From a bacterium (GTDB lineage: Bacteria; Desulfobacterota; DSWW01): a DNA stretch of 64,000 nt. The position numbers were made by a program, and so were the translations under genes. The notes under the pieces are model-generated. The model worked only from the letters and a program-made list of their open reading frames with translations. It was not told the DNA's origin and did not search any database. The stretch spans positions 1-64,000 of the forward strand of contig JBFLZG010000103.1 of NCBI GenBank assembly GCA_040756235.1. Reading direction: 5' to 3'. Numbering within the stretch: the first letter of the stretch is position 1; each line of letters starts with the position of its first letter. Shown here piece after piece: positions 27,853 through 38,027 of the stretch.

Positions 27853-28599
27853 ATGGCCGATAGAGTTAAAGGAGGAGAGGATCCGTCTCCGGCGGTTGCC
27901 GGCAGGGACGGGATCGGGCAGGAAATCGCCCGCTACGAGCAGATCCTTTCGCGCGAGCCCTGCTCTCTGGTTTTCGCGGCTCTTTCGGAGGCCTACCGGA
28001 AAAGAAGAATGCTCAGCCAGGCCATCGAAGTCTGCAGGAGGGGCTTGCGCTCCCATCCTCGGTTTGCCAGCGGCAGGGTCGCTCTGGCGCGGGCGTATTT
28101 CGACGCCGGCCAGGTCGAGCTTTGCAGGCAGGAGCTGGAAAAGGTCATCGTGACCGTTCCGGATAATCTGGTCGCCCTCAGGCTTCTGGCCGCCATCTAC
28201 CGCGACAGATCGGACCTCGGCCGCCTGGAACCAACGGCCCGGCAGATCCTGGCGCTGGATCCCGGGGACGGTGAGGCCGCCGAGAGCCTCGAGTGGGCCC
28301 GGTCCCTCCGAAAGGGGATAGCCTTGAACGATGAGAAAGGCTGCGGCAGCCGCGAAATCGTCACCCGGACCCTGGCGGAGATCTATGCTTCCCAGGGGTA
28401 TCTGGAGAGGGCCGTCGAGATCTACGGCTGGCTCTGCCGCAGGGAGCCGGAGAACGCTCCCTGCGGGGAGCGGCTGGCCCAGCTCCGGGAGAAGCTCGCG
28501 ATGCGCTCAGCTCGGGCGAAGGGAAAGGGAGAGCACAAGGGCGAGTCGCCGGACTCGGGATGCATCGCGGAAGAGGCGGGCGGGGAGGAGCCGGCATGA
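27853..28599 (+). CDS. Tetratricopeptide repeat protein
   Basis: [31 protein letters not shown]-terminal [12 protein letters not shown]. Confidence 0.85.
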   Translation: MADRVKGGEDPSPAVAGRDGIGQEIARYEQILSREPCSLVFAALSEAYRKRRMLSQAIEVCRRGLRSHPRFASGRVALARAYFDAGQVELCRQELEKVIVTVPDNLVALRLLAAIYRDRSDLGRLEPTARQILALDPGDGEAAESLEWARSLRKGIALNDEKGCGSREIVTRTLAEIYASQGYLERAVEIYGWLCRREPENAPCGERLAQLREKLAMRSARAKGKGEHKGESPDSGCIAEEAGGEEPA

Positions 28600-29060
28600 G
28601 GATCCTGATCCTTCATGGCCCCAATCTCAACCTGCTGGGAGAGAGGGAGCCTCACCTTTACGGGAGAGAGAGCCTCGCCGCGCTGAACGAAAGGCTCGTC
28701 GAGCGGGCGCGCGAGCTCGGCGTCCGCATCGCGGAGACGTTCCAGAGCAACTCCGAAGGCGAGTTGGTGGACAGGGTGCAGAGGGCTCGCGGACAGGCGG
28801 ACGGCATCGTGCTCAACGCGGGCGCCTACACCCACACGAGCATTGCATTGCGCGACGCACTGCTGGCTGCGTCGGTGCCTTTCGTCGAGGTCCACCTCTC
28901 GAACGTGTTCGCCCGCGAGCCGTTCCGGCGCCGCTCCTACCTCTCGGACATTGCCGTCGGCATCGTCTCCGGGTTCGGCCCGGACAGCTACCTCTTCGGG
29001 CTCGAAGGGATCGTTCATTGGGTCAGGAACAGGCAAGCGCAAGCGCCCTCATCCGGGTGA
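28596..29060 (+). CDS. aroQ: Type II 3-dehydroquinate dehydratase
   Basis: [38 protein letters not shown]. Confidence 0.97.
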   Translation: MRILILHGPNLNLLGEREPHLYGRESLAALNERLVERARELGVRIAETFQSNSEGELVDRVQRARGQADGIVLNAGAYTHTSIALRDALLAASVPFVEVHLSNVFAREPFRRRSYLSDIAVGIVSGFGPDSYLFGLEGIVHWVRNRQAQAPSSG

Positions 29061-29121
29061 GCGGGGGCGAGAGAAGGCCCGTATCCGACGGTTGAGACGC
29101 ATCATCGAAAAGGTCCTGTCC

Positions 29122-30498
29122 ATGATCAGGAAGATTCGGGATTTCATCGGCCGGAGGAAGATGGAGAGTATTCGCAACGAGTACCTCCAGCAGATCCAGA
29201 AGAACCCCCAGGATACCCGCAGCCGGCTGAAGCTGGGCGACCTGCACGCAAAGAGCGGACAGATTCCAGAGGCAACCGAGCAGTACATGGCCTGCGCCGA
29301 GATTTTCGCGCAGGCCGGTTTCCAGCTGAAATCGATCGCCCTCTACAAGCAGATCCTGAAGCTTCAGCCCGATTCCATGCAGGCGCTGAGGAGAATCGCC
29401 CAGCTTTCCCTGCAATACGGCCTCTACGCAGATGCCTTTCCGTACTACCAGACCCTGGTTGAATCCTTGCGCAGCCAGGGCGCCGGGGAGCGGCTCTTCG
29501 CGCTCTATGAAGAGATGTCCAACCTGCCGATCCGCGATCTCCGGCAAAAGGCGCTGGTGCTCGACGCCCTCCTGCCGGAGCCCCAGGGGGCCTTTGTCGA
29601 GCCTTATGATCGGCTTTGCAGAATCGCCCGCGACATGGTCGGCGAGCCCAGACTGGCCGGCGATGCCCGGGTCCTGTGCGAGTGGCTCGTCGCGGCCTAC
29701 CCGGACCAATGCGAGGCACGCGAGATTCACGTGTCTCTTCTCCACAGATGCGCCGGCAGGGCGGAGTTCGAGCGGTCGCTCGGCAAGCTCGAGCAGTTTT
29801 ATCGCGACACGCGCCAACTGGAAGCAAAGATGCCGTTCCTCCAGCAGTTCGCCGAAGGCGAGGCACCCGTCGCTCTGACTCCCGGTGCCCTGGACGAGAA
29901 GTCGGCCCAGAAGGGCAGGCCGAACCCGAACCAGGTCAAGGTGAAGATGGAGGCGGACATCTACGAGCTGATGCGCAAGAAGTCCGAGGCGCACCCGGAC
30001 CACGGCGCAGATGCCGACACGCCCGCGGGCCTCGGCTCCCACCAGGGGCCTCCGGCCGAAAGGCTCGAGTTCCAGGATCTGTTCTCCACGTTCAAGGAGG
30101 GCATTCGGGAGCAGGTCGGCCGGGGCGATCACGAGACTCATTACAACCTGGGCATCGCGTATCAGGAGATGGGTCTGTACGATGAGGCGATCCAGGAGCT
30201 CGAGCTCGCCTGCGGGGACCCGGCCATGCGGCCCGATGCGCACTTCCTCATGGGCAGATGCTCGGCCGAAAGCCAGCGCTGGGAGGAGGCCCTCGCGTAC
30301 TACCAGAAGGCGCTGGATGCGGAGAACCTCGAGCTGGAGAAGAGCCGCGGGATTCGCTACGAGCTCGGCATGGCCCTGCGCGCCGTAGGCCGGGACGCGG
30401 ATGCCCTGCGCACCTTCCAGCAGATCCGCGAGGAAGCGGACCACTATCGGGACACCGACCGGCAGATCGAAGAGATCCTCCAGGCCTCCGGCGCCTGA
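29122..30498 (+). CDS. TPR protein (possibly SgmX-like motility factor)
   Basis: N-terminal RLKLGDL..KSIALYKQILK TPRs and C-terminal ETHYNLGIAYQEMGL TPR block. Confidence 0.8.
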   Translation: MIRKIRDFIGRRKMESIRNEYLQQIQKNPQDTRSRLKLGDLHAKSGQIPEATEQYMACAEIFAQAGFQLKSIALYKQILKLQPDSMQALRRIAQLSLQYGLYADAFPYYQTLVESLRSQGAGERLFALYEEMSNLPIRDLRQKALVLDALLPEPQGAFVEPYDRLCRIARDMVGEPRLAGDARVLCEWLVAAYPDQCEAREIHVSLLHRCAGRAEFERSLGKLEQFYRDTRQLEAKMPFLQQFAEGEAPVALTPGALDEKSAQKGRPNPNQVKVKMEADIYELMRKKSEAHPDHGADADTPAGLGSHQGPPAERLEFQDLFSTFKEGIREQVGRGDHETHYNLGIAYQEMGLYDEAIQELELACGDPAMRPDAHFLMGRCSAESQRWEEALAYYQKALDAENLELEKSRGIRYELGMALRAVGRDADALRTFQQIREEADHYRDTDRQIEEILQASGA

Positions 30499-30708
30499 AG
30501 GCCGCCCGGCTCTGCGCTCGCTTTGCCGCCCTGGACGCGCTCCCCGACGTACCGCGGCAACTCCTCGACGGCGGAGCACGCCACCCCCACGAGCATCGTG
30601 CCCATGGCCGCGTTGGCCATCGGCTCGATGATCATGAGCGCCCTGCGCACCCGGACCCTGTCCAGAAAAGTCTCCCCCTGAATTCCGATCCCGCTGGCCC
30701 GCGTGGCT

Positions 30709-30853
30709 CCAGCCGGGAAGAGTCGTCCAGGCTCCGGATCTTTGCGGTCCAGGTGTTCCGCGTCGACGCCGGCACGGGCGAGCCTCTGTCGGTGGTAAGG
30801 GGCGTGGGCGATGAGCCTTTGCATCATGATCTTCAACTTGGCGAGCTGGAGCT
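30709..30853 (-). pseudogene. Degenerate duplicate of part of the paaK-like 5' region
   Basis: ~145 bp direct repeat of 55089-55232 with substitutions and an indel. Confidence 0.85.
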
Positions 30854-30910
30854 CTCACCTCTGCCATGATGCAATACGCTGTACTGAGCCGGCTCGAGCT
30901 GAACTTTTCA

Positions 30911-30944
30911 TGGGGCATTTTGCCCAGGCGGGGCAATTTGCCCT
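30911..30944. promoter_or_regulatory. Candidate enhancer (tandem GGGCA-N3-TGCCC palindromes)
   Basis: 34 bp identical to 45073-45106. Confidence 0.65.
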
Positions 30945-31056
30945 TGGGAGAATTCGGACTCTCCAGGGGCGGCGGGCCGGGCATCCAAGACCGCCGTCCC
31001 AACTTATACGCACTGAAGCTCCCCGAAGAGCCATTGCACCTGGAGCAGGACAACGC

Positions 31057-31072
31057 TGGCGCCTACTAAGCT
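31057..31072 (+). promoter_or_regulatory. Candidate sigma54 promoter
   Basis: TGGCGCctactAAGCT (GG-N10-GC), ~115 bp downstream of the enhancer; weak -12 box. Confidence 0.4.
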
Positions 31073-31246
31073 TCGTTGCAGCGCAGTGGCCTGATTTTGT
31101 GTCTCTTTGAAGAGGCCGCGCGGAGCTGGCCCGTACGGCTCCAGAAACCCGGCGAGCCCGGCGCTCATCCAATCCCCTGTCCACCATCGTCTACTCCCCT
31201 GTCCAAGAGAGATTCCTGTAACGCGCGGAGGAGTAACAACCGTCCG

Positions 31247-32017
31247 ATGCACTACTTTCCGCTCGCTTTCCCGTTTCTGGCCTTGTTCTTCGCGCTCTTC
31301 CTCGGTTTGATCGTCTTCGTCGAGGTCGGTGTGCTCAGGTACGTGTACGGCAGCATAGGGGTAAGCCATCGTTTCCTGTTCGCGCTGATCCTGCTTTCCC
31401 TGTTGGGGAGTTATGTGAATATCCCCGTTGCCCGGCTCCCTGCGGAGCACATCGAGACCGGGAAGGTGATCACGTACTTCGGTGTGCGGCACGTCGTGCC
31501 GATGGTCGTCGACTGGCCAGGGACGATCATCGCGGTCAACCTCGGGGGTGCTGTGGTCCCCACGCTCGTGTCGGTGTACCTGGTCTGGAAGAACAGGTTG
31601 TATTGGGAGGGCCCCCTTGCAGTCGCCGCCGTAGCTTACGTAGCCCATGAGCTGGCGCACCCCGTGCCGGGTCTGGGCATCGCCGAACCTGTGTTCATCC
31701 CTCCCCTCATCAGCGCCGTGGTCGTGGTGCTGGTCTCCCGGAGGCGTGCGGCCCCCCTGGCCTATGCAGCGGGCAGCCTGGGGACTTTGATCGGGGCGGA
31801 CCTCTTGAACCTCGGTAAGATAAACGGGCTGGGGGCGCCGATCGCCTCCATCGGTGGCGCCGGGACCTTCGACGGGATCTTCTTGTCCGGCATCCTGACC
31901 GTACTTCTGGCAAGCTTCATGACCCGGAGACAGGAAAAACCGCAGGATGCCGCAAGCCCGGGACACGGCGCACTCACGCCTCCGAGCCATAGAGAAACAA
32001 AAGACGGTTGGCCATAA
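31247..32017 (+). CDS. DUF1614-like multi-pass membrane protein
   Basis: LLGSYVNIP, IAVNLGGAVVP, GTLIGADLLNL, ASIGGAGTFDGIFL. Confidence 0.8.
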   Translation: MHYFPLAFPFLALFFALFLGLIVFVEVGVLRYVYGSIGVSHRFLFALILLSLLGSYVNIPVARLPAEHIETGKVITYFGVRHVVPMVVDWPGTIIAVNLGGAVVPTLVSVYLVWKNRLYWEGPLAVAAVAYVAHELAHPVPGLGIAEPVFIPPLISAVVVVLVSRRRAAPLAYAAGSLGTLIGADLLNLGKINGLGAPIASIGGAGTFDGIFLSGILTVLLASFMTRRQEKPQDAASPGHGALTPPSHRETKDGWP

Positions 32018-32429
32018 AATCGATGAAAGTGCCACCCGCCCGGGTACGCAGGTTTTGCCGTCTTGCCGACCGCGGTGTCCGGGATCTTCATCCGTACGAT
32101 GAGGATATGGTCTTCCGGCACCTCCTGCAGCTCGCAGTCGTGAAGGCCACGGCTGAGAAAAGCGGCGCGCACCTCGCTCATCCGGAAGATCTCTGCCGCC
32201 TGGAAAGCTCTCTGGGAAGTCTCTCCCGGAAAGGATTCGCCGGTGTTCAGATGGGGTTCTTTCCAGACGTCGCAGGGGCGAATAATGAGTCGCCCCTACC
32301 GGAAGAACGCCGTGTTTATGTGGAGAATCAGCCCCTTGTTTCAGCTGCCGGGGCTTGGCGGCAGCATCCGGCGGCGGGAGGCTTCCGGACCGGGCGTGGC
32401 AACTCGACGACCGGCAAAAGTGAGATCGA

Positions 32430-32819
32430 TCAGAGACCCCCTCCCAAGAGGCTGAAGATGAGCAGGGTGAGCACGATGCAGGTCACAACGACGTACGTCC
32501 GGTCCCGCTGCAGTGCGAAGGCGAACAGGGAAAAGGCCACGCGTGCCACAGGCGTGGCGATCAACAGCAGGAGACCCAGTTGGATCACCCCCCTGGCTTT
32601 GCCGGTCAGGGCCTGCCGGGCGATCCCGGGCACGTGGTTCAATTCCGCAGGTTCTCCGAGAAAGACCGCATAGTGGGGTTCTTCGTCACCGTGGCGGACC
32701 AGAAAGAGGAAGCCTCCGGCCAGAACGACCAGAGCGGCGAGAATGACCCCGCTTCTCAGCAGGCTCCCCAGGATCCGCTCGATCTGTTCGTCGGACCACA
32801 CGAGCTTATCGTCGAACAC
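32430..32819 (-). CDS. DUF1634-like membrane protein
   Basis: LLRSGV, IQLGLLLLIATPVARV; adjacent to a TSUP gene. Confidence 0.85.
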   Translation of the reverse strand: MFDDKLVWSDEQIERILGSLLRSGVILAALVVLAGGFLFLVRHGDEEPHYAVFLGEPAELNHVPGIARQALTGKARGVIQLGLLLLIATPVARVAFSLFAFALQRDRTYVVVTCIVLTLLIFSLLGGGL

Positions 32820-33656
32820 TCAGAGCCTCCCGGTCAGTCCGTTGTAGATCATCTCGATGCCCAACGCCAGGATGACGGCCGCGAAGACCAGCCTGAGCAA
32901 ACGCGTCCTGGCGGCCAGAAGGAACCGGGCACCCAGAAGCGACCCGGCGAGCACCCCCAGCATGACCGGCATGGCCAAACCTGGGTCGATGTACCCGCGG
33001 TTGAGGTACACCCCGGCGCTGGCCGCGGCCGTGACGCCGATCATGAAGTTGCTGGTGGTCGTCGACACCTTGAATGGGACGCGCATGGCCCGGTCCATGG
33101 CGATGACCTTCACCGCCCCGGAGCCGATCCCGAGCAGGCCGGACAGAGAGCCTGCCACGAACATGAGGCTGAACCCTGCGGGGATCGCATGAACGTGGTA
33201 GGGTCTCGGACCTTCAGGTGTCGGGTAGGCGGCGTCCATCCTGAGGAGCTGCGCCAGATGGTCGGGCTCGCCATTCCCCGCTCCGCCGACTCGAGGCCGG
33301 GCGGAAAGGTAGGCCGAGTAGAGGAGGACGATACCGAAGATCACCGCGATCGCAGCGGTGGATATCCTGGCGGACAGGGCGGCCCCCACGAGCGCGCCGA
33401 TCGTGGTCGCGATCTCGAGAAACATGCCGATCCGGATGTTGGAGAATCCTTCTTTCACGTACGCCGCGGCGGCGCCCGAGGAGGTCGCGATGACGGAAAC
33501 CAGCGAGGCGCCGATCGCATAGCGGACGTCCACCCCGAAGGCGAGGGCCAGCAGAGGGACGATGACGACCCCGCCTCCAAGGCCCGTCAGAGACCCCAGG
33601 AAGCCCGCGACCAGAGAACCCAGACCGATCAGGGTGGTGAATTCGAGCTCGTTCAT
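32820..33656 (-). CDS. TSUP (TauE/SafE) family transporter
   Basis: GSLTGLGGGVVIVP, GASLVSVIATSSG, SGLLGIGSG, TTSNFMIGVT. Confidence 0.92.
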   Translation of the reverse strand: MNELEFTTLIGLGSLVAGFLGSLTGLGGGVVIVPLLALAFGVDVRYAIGASLVSVIATSSGAAAAYVKEGFSNIRIGMFLEIATTIGALVGAALSARISTAAIAVIFGIVLLYSAYLSARPRVGGAGNGEPDHLAQLLRMDAAYPTPEGPRPYHVHAIPAGFSLMFVAGSLSGLLGIGSGAVKVIAMDRAMRVPFKVSTTTSNFMIGVTAAASAGVYLNRGYIDPGLAMPVMLGVLAGSLLGARFLLAARTRLLRLVFAAVILALGIEMIYNGLTGRL

Positions 33657-33958
33657 GGATGCGATCCGGATGCTCCGCTTTTCAGCAAAGTAGAGATCAC
33701 AGGTGGCCTAAAACGACGTGATGGATCGAAGTTCCGGGAAAGAAGGGCCGCGGCTATCGAAGAGTCTTCGAACGTTCAGGAAATCTCAACAATCGTCGCA
33801 GCCTTTTCTGTAAGATGCAAACCAGTGAAGGGCGGGTTTCCCGAAGCTCGAGAGGGGCGCCGTCCGCCTGCAGCCGAACGACATGCCTGTGACGACCGGC
33901 GAGCCCCCAGAAGTGTCACAATGGGCCGCCCGGCCGCTTGCTCCACCGGTGGTGCCTC

Positions 33959-34355
33959 ATGGCGCTGGTGGTGTCGCTTTCGTGTCTGCCTCGACCTGTC
34001 ACCGCCGGGGAGGGGAGCGCCTGGAGCAAGGAGGAAGCCCTCAGCACCACCCTGGCCAACGGGCTCAGGGTCGTCATCGTCCGGAACGCCTTGGCCCCGG
34101 TGGTCACCACGGTCATGAACTACCTGGTGGGATCGGACGAGGCACCTGAGGGGTTCCCCGGGATGGCCCATGCTCAGGAACACATGATGTTTCGCGGCAG
34201 CACGGGGCTCTCCGCGGACCAACTGGCCGACATCATCGCCGCCATGGGAGGCATGTTCGACGCCGACACGCAACAGGTCGTAACCCAATACTTCTTCACG
34301 GTGCCTGCCAGCGATCTGGATGTGGCCCTCCGCATCGAGGCGATCCGCATGGGGG
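33959..34355 (+). pseudogene. Truncated M16 (insulinase/PqqL-like) peptidase
   Basis: LANGLRVVIV, GMAHAQEHMMFRGS (HxxEH); similarity stops after ALRIEAIRM. Confidence 0.8.
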
Positions 34356-34516
34356 TGGACGGCCGCTCGGGGAGCTTCTTGGCCGGGATGGCTTCGAAAA
34401 GCCCCCGGACTCTGCCCAGCACCGCCGCGGGTTGCACATCGCCTCCTGCTGGTGGCCGTCACGGGCCGAGTTCCGGAGGCTGACCGCAGCCGTTGAGCTC
34501 TGCTTCACCGTCCGAC

Positions 34517-34545
34517 TTGACTCGAATCGCTTTACATCATACACT
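34517..34545 (+). promoter_or_regulatory. sigma70 promoter of the toxin-antitoxin operon
   Basis: TTGACT-N17-TACACT. Confidence 0.65.
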
Positions 34546-34577
34546 ATTTCCAACTTATCAAAGAACAGGAGATATTC

Positions 34578-34820
34578 ATGCCAGTGTCAACCGTCTCATC
34601 AAAGGGGCAAATCACACTCCCTGCCCAGATCCGAAGGAAGTTGCAGATAAGGCCGAACGACCGGGTCACCATCGACGCTGTGGACGACGCTATCGTTATC
34701 AAGCGGGCGCCGGACCTTTTCGCACTCAAGGGATTCCTTGGCAAGGCCATTCCGGAACGACAAGAGCGGGAGCGGATGCATCGAGCCGTCGCCGCACACG
34801 TGAAAGGCAGGCGTTCGTGA
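34578..34820 (+). CDS. AbrB/MazE/SpoVT-family antitoxin (VapB)
   Basis: STVSSKGQITLPAQIRRKL. Confidence 0.9.
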   Translation: MPVSTVSSKGQITLPAQIRRKLQIRPNDRVTIDAVDDAIVIKRAPDLFALKGFLGKAIPERQERERMHRAVAAHVKGRRS

Positions 34821-35224
34821 AGACGGTTTTCGTGGACGCTAACGTGTTTCTTCGCTTCTTCACCATAGACAATCTGGGACAACACGATCAGGCTGCGCGG
34901 TTGCTCCGACAAGCGGCAGACGGGAAGGTCGCTCTGATAACCGGCCCTCCTGTTCTATTCGAGGTCGCGTGGGCCCTACGCTCAGCCTATAGGCAGACCA
35001 ATGCGAAGGTGCTCGACGTGCTGGCGGCGATCGCCGCGCTTCCAGGCCTGCAACTGACGGACGCCCGAATCGTCGAAGGGGCTCTAACCCTCGCGAAGGC
35101 CAGCGGGCAAGAGTTCGCGGACGCGTACATCGCGTCCGCCGCAGGCGCGGTCGGTGCGGACGAAGTCGCAACCTTTAATCGAAGGCACTTCGACAAACTG
35201 GGCGTCGCGCTTTACGCCTTCTGA
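34817..35224 (+). CDS. PIN-domain toxin (VapC)
   Basis: VFVDANVFLR, LFEVAW, FADAYI, ATFN; GTGA overlap with antitoxin. Confidence 0.9.
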   Translation: MKTVFVDANVFLRFFTIDNLGQHDQAARLLRQAADGKVALITGPPVLFEVAWALRSAYRQTNAKVLDVLAAIAALPGLQLTDARIVEGALTLAKASGQEFADAYIASAAGAVGADEVATFNRRHFDKLGVALYAF

Positions 35225-35278
35225 GAGGGTTGCACAGACACCGCGAGGGCCAGCCGCGGGCCCTCGCGGTGTCTGTGG

Positions 35279-35521
35279 GTGAATCCGGACAGCAGTAGCC
35301 AGGTCTGGGACTTCGAGGGTGAGGTCTGCGACGTATCCCTTTGTTTGGTGTCGGACCGTGGGAGTGGGGAGTGGCGGACACAGGTGTTCAGAACACGCTA
35401 CTATCCCACGGGCATCGACAGGTTAATGGGTCTCTTGTCCCAGGCGGGTTTTCATGATGTGCTGCGGCTAGAAAACGCTCTTGAGGGGCCGACCATCGTC
35501 GGGGTGAAACCGCAGGAATAG
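35279..35521 (+). pseudogene. Probable C-terminal fragment of a class I SAM methyltransferase
   Basis: QVWDFEG..RTRYY..LLSQAGF resembles methyltransferase C-termini; no SAM-binding N-terminus. Confidence 0.45.
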
Positions 35522-35557
35522 GCCATACGAGGCAGCGGGACAAGGGAGGGGAAACCC

Positions 35558-37414
35558 ATGAAGAAAGGAATCATCATCTCTGTTGCGGTGATCTTGTTGG
35601 CGGTACTCGCTGGAATTGTCTTCATGTATCAATTGATGCTCAAACCCGTACACCGTGCGTACGAGACCGCTCCCGTAACGGAGCGCGTGACCGTATCCGG
35701 CAAGGTGGTGGGGTTCGTCGAGGACAACGGCAGCCATGCTTGGCTCGGCATCCCCTATGCGAAGCCTCCGGTGGGAGAACTGCGCTGGAAAGCGCCACGT
35801 CCTGCAGATCCATGGGAGGGCACGCTGCGGGCATTGGAACTGAGTCCCATATGTACGCAGTATGGCGGTCTGATGGGCGATGTGTCGCCCCTTGCGTTCG
35901 AAAAGCCTGTCGGCGAAGAGGATTGTCTGTTTCTCAACCTATGGGCTCCGGCATTTACGCCCGAGTCGATCCCCCGAGGCAGCGGCCGGCTGCCGGTCAT
36001 GGTATGGATTCATGGCGGGGGCAACAGCGTGGGGCATGGAGGCTCTTACAACGGAAAAGTGCTTGCCGAGAAGTACAAACTGGTTGTGGTTACCTTCAAC
36101 TACCGCCTCGGACCTCTCGGTTGGTTCGCCCATCCCGCACTGAGGGAAGAGGGTGCAGCGCCGGAAGACGGGTCCGGAAACTACGGCACCCTCGACATTA
36201 TCGCCCTGTTGGCCTGGGTGAGGGACAACATCTCCTCTTTTGGCGGCGATCCCGGGAACGTGACGGTGTTCGGTGAATCCGCCGGCGCCACGAATGCGAT
36301 GACCATGCTCCTTTCTCCCAAGGCCGGGGGTCTGTTCCACAAGGCCGTCTCTCAGAGCGGCGGGCTGTTCACCACCGTCATGTCGAAGGGGGAAGACTAC
36401 CATGAAGCTGGGAAGGGAGGGCACAAATTCAGTTCCCGGGAGGTGATCAACAGTCTCTTGATCGCGGACAACATGGCTGCGGACAGGGAAGCAGCCAAGG
36501 CATATCAGGCCAAAATGACGAACGAAGAAGTCGCTGACTATCTGCGCAGCAAGAGTAGTGAAGAGTTGCTCAGTGTCTATGAGCCGGGCCCGGTGGGCAT
36601 GACCTCCATGCCCGAATATTTCCGTGACGGCCATGTCCTGCCTACCGGCTATCCGCTCAGCCTCTTCAAGGATCAGAGCACGTACCATGCGGTTCCCGTC
36701 ATTGTTGGTACCAATCGGGATGAAAACAAGACATTCATGTCGATGAATTCGGAATATGTGAATCTGCTCGGCGTCAAGGACCAGGACGACTATGACATGG
36801 TTGCCGGATACCGAGACAAGGGCTGGAAGGAAACGGGCGCCGATGAGATTGCTGCTGTTCTCAGGGAAACACAGGGAGCCAGTGTGTACGTCTACAGGTT
36901 CGACTGGGACGAGGAGCCCTCGTTGCTTGGAAGCGACATGAGCAGACGGGTGGGCGCAGGCCACGGGCTGGAGATTCCGTTTGTGTTCGACAACTTCGAA
37001 GCGCTGCTTATGGGTTTCCGTCTCTTCTTTTCCGACCGGAACCATGCGGGCAGAGAGGCTCTCGCGGGCAGCATGTCATCCTATTGGGCTGAGTTCGCTT
37101 ACTCCGGATCGCCCGGCAGGGGCCGGGACGGCCGTGAGGTGGAATGGAAGGCCTGGGACAATGGGGATGGCGGCGACAAGTTCATCGTTTTCGATACCCC
37201 GGAGGACAGAGGTATACGCATGTCTTCCGATACCGTAAGACTGGTCGACCTGCAGCAGATGATTCTGACCGAAACCCGTTTCAAGAGCCAAGAGAAGCAC
37301 TGTGAAACCTATGCCTGGATATTCGGGATGCAAGAATACTGGGACCAGGAGGAATACGAGAAGCTTGGGGAGCAGGGCTGCGGCGACTATCCGAGGGAAC
37401 GCTTTGAGTGGTGA
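35558..37414 (+). CDS. Type B carboxylesterase with N-terminal membrane anchor
   Basis: GIPYAKPPVGELRWKAP, EDCLFLN, WIHGGG, FGESAG, HGLEIPF. Confidence 0.93.
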   Translation: MKKGIIISVAVILLAVLAGIVFMYQLMLKPVHRAYETAPVTERVTVSGKVVGFVEDNGSHAWLGIPYAKPPVGELRWKAPRPADPWEGTLRALELSPICTQYGGLMGDVSPLAFEKPVGEEDCLFLNLWAPAFTPESIPRGSGRLPVMVWIHGGGNSVGHGGSYNGKVLAEKYKLVVVTFNYRLGPLGWFAHPALREEGAAPEDGSGNYGTLDIIALLAWVRDNISSFGGDPGNVTVFGESAGATNAMTMLLSPKAGGLFHKAVSQSGGLFTTVMSKGEDYHEAGKGGHKFSSREVINSLLIADNMAADREAAKAYQAKMTNEEVADYLRSKSSEELLSVYEPGPVGMTSMPEYFRDGHVLPTGYPLSLFKDQSTYHAVPVIVGTNRDENKTFMSMNSEYVNLLGVKDQDDYDMVAGYRDKGWKETGADEIAAVLRETQGASVYVYRFDWDEEPSLLGSDMSRRVGAGHGLEIPFVFDNFEALLMGFRLFFSDRNHAGREALAGSMSSYWAEFAYSGSPGRGRDGREVEWKAWDNGDGGDKFIVFDTPEDRGIRMSSDTVRLVDLQQMILTETRFKSQEKHCETYAWIFGMQEYWDQEEYEKLGEQGCGDYPRERFEW

Positions 37415-37431
37415 TCGGTGCCTGCGCGCTC

Positions 37432-37500
37432 CACTACCTGGAGTGCGGCGACTTGCACAACGGTTTTGCCCGCATCCGCTGCGACGCCTGCGGCACGGAG
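37432..37500 (+). mobile_element. Remnant of an IS91-family transposase zinc-binding domain
   Basis: Translates HYLECGDLHNGFARIRCDACGTE. Confidence 0.65.
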
Positions 37501-38027
37501 AGGGTCGGCAGCCGCACTCGAACCCGAGCAGGAAAGCGCGCTCCGCGGCGAGCAAAGTGAGGTCATGGCCCTGGCCATGAGATAGTTGAAGTCGAGGAGA
37601 CCAGCCCGGTCAGCGACAATTTCGGGAAAAACCCCGCCACCGCCACACCGATCTGGGCGGTTGCCGCAGCCAGTTGACGCTCGCTCGCTCGCACACCCAG
37701 CCCTCCGGCCCCTCTCGTTCCGGTGGCGCCCAGGGGGGAAGCTCAGCGCATGAGCATTGCGGGCCCAGCGCCTGTCGGCACTTCCGGATCTCTTGCCCAC
37801 GGTCGACCTTCAGGCTCCCTACGCCAACGTCCGTGGTTGCAGTTACGGTTGAAGCCCGGACCGGGAGGCCTGAACGGCTTGAGGGAAAGCCTGTCCCCGG
37901 CGTCCAGGGTGGACCGAACGCCCGGAAGGATGCGTCTATTAGAGAGAGATCGGGGTAGGGGGACGAGCGCTCGGACGCAGAGGGAGAGTTCCACACTTTT
38001 CGGGTGAGCCCCGGAGGAGTTGAGGAA

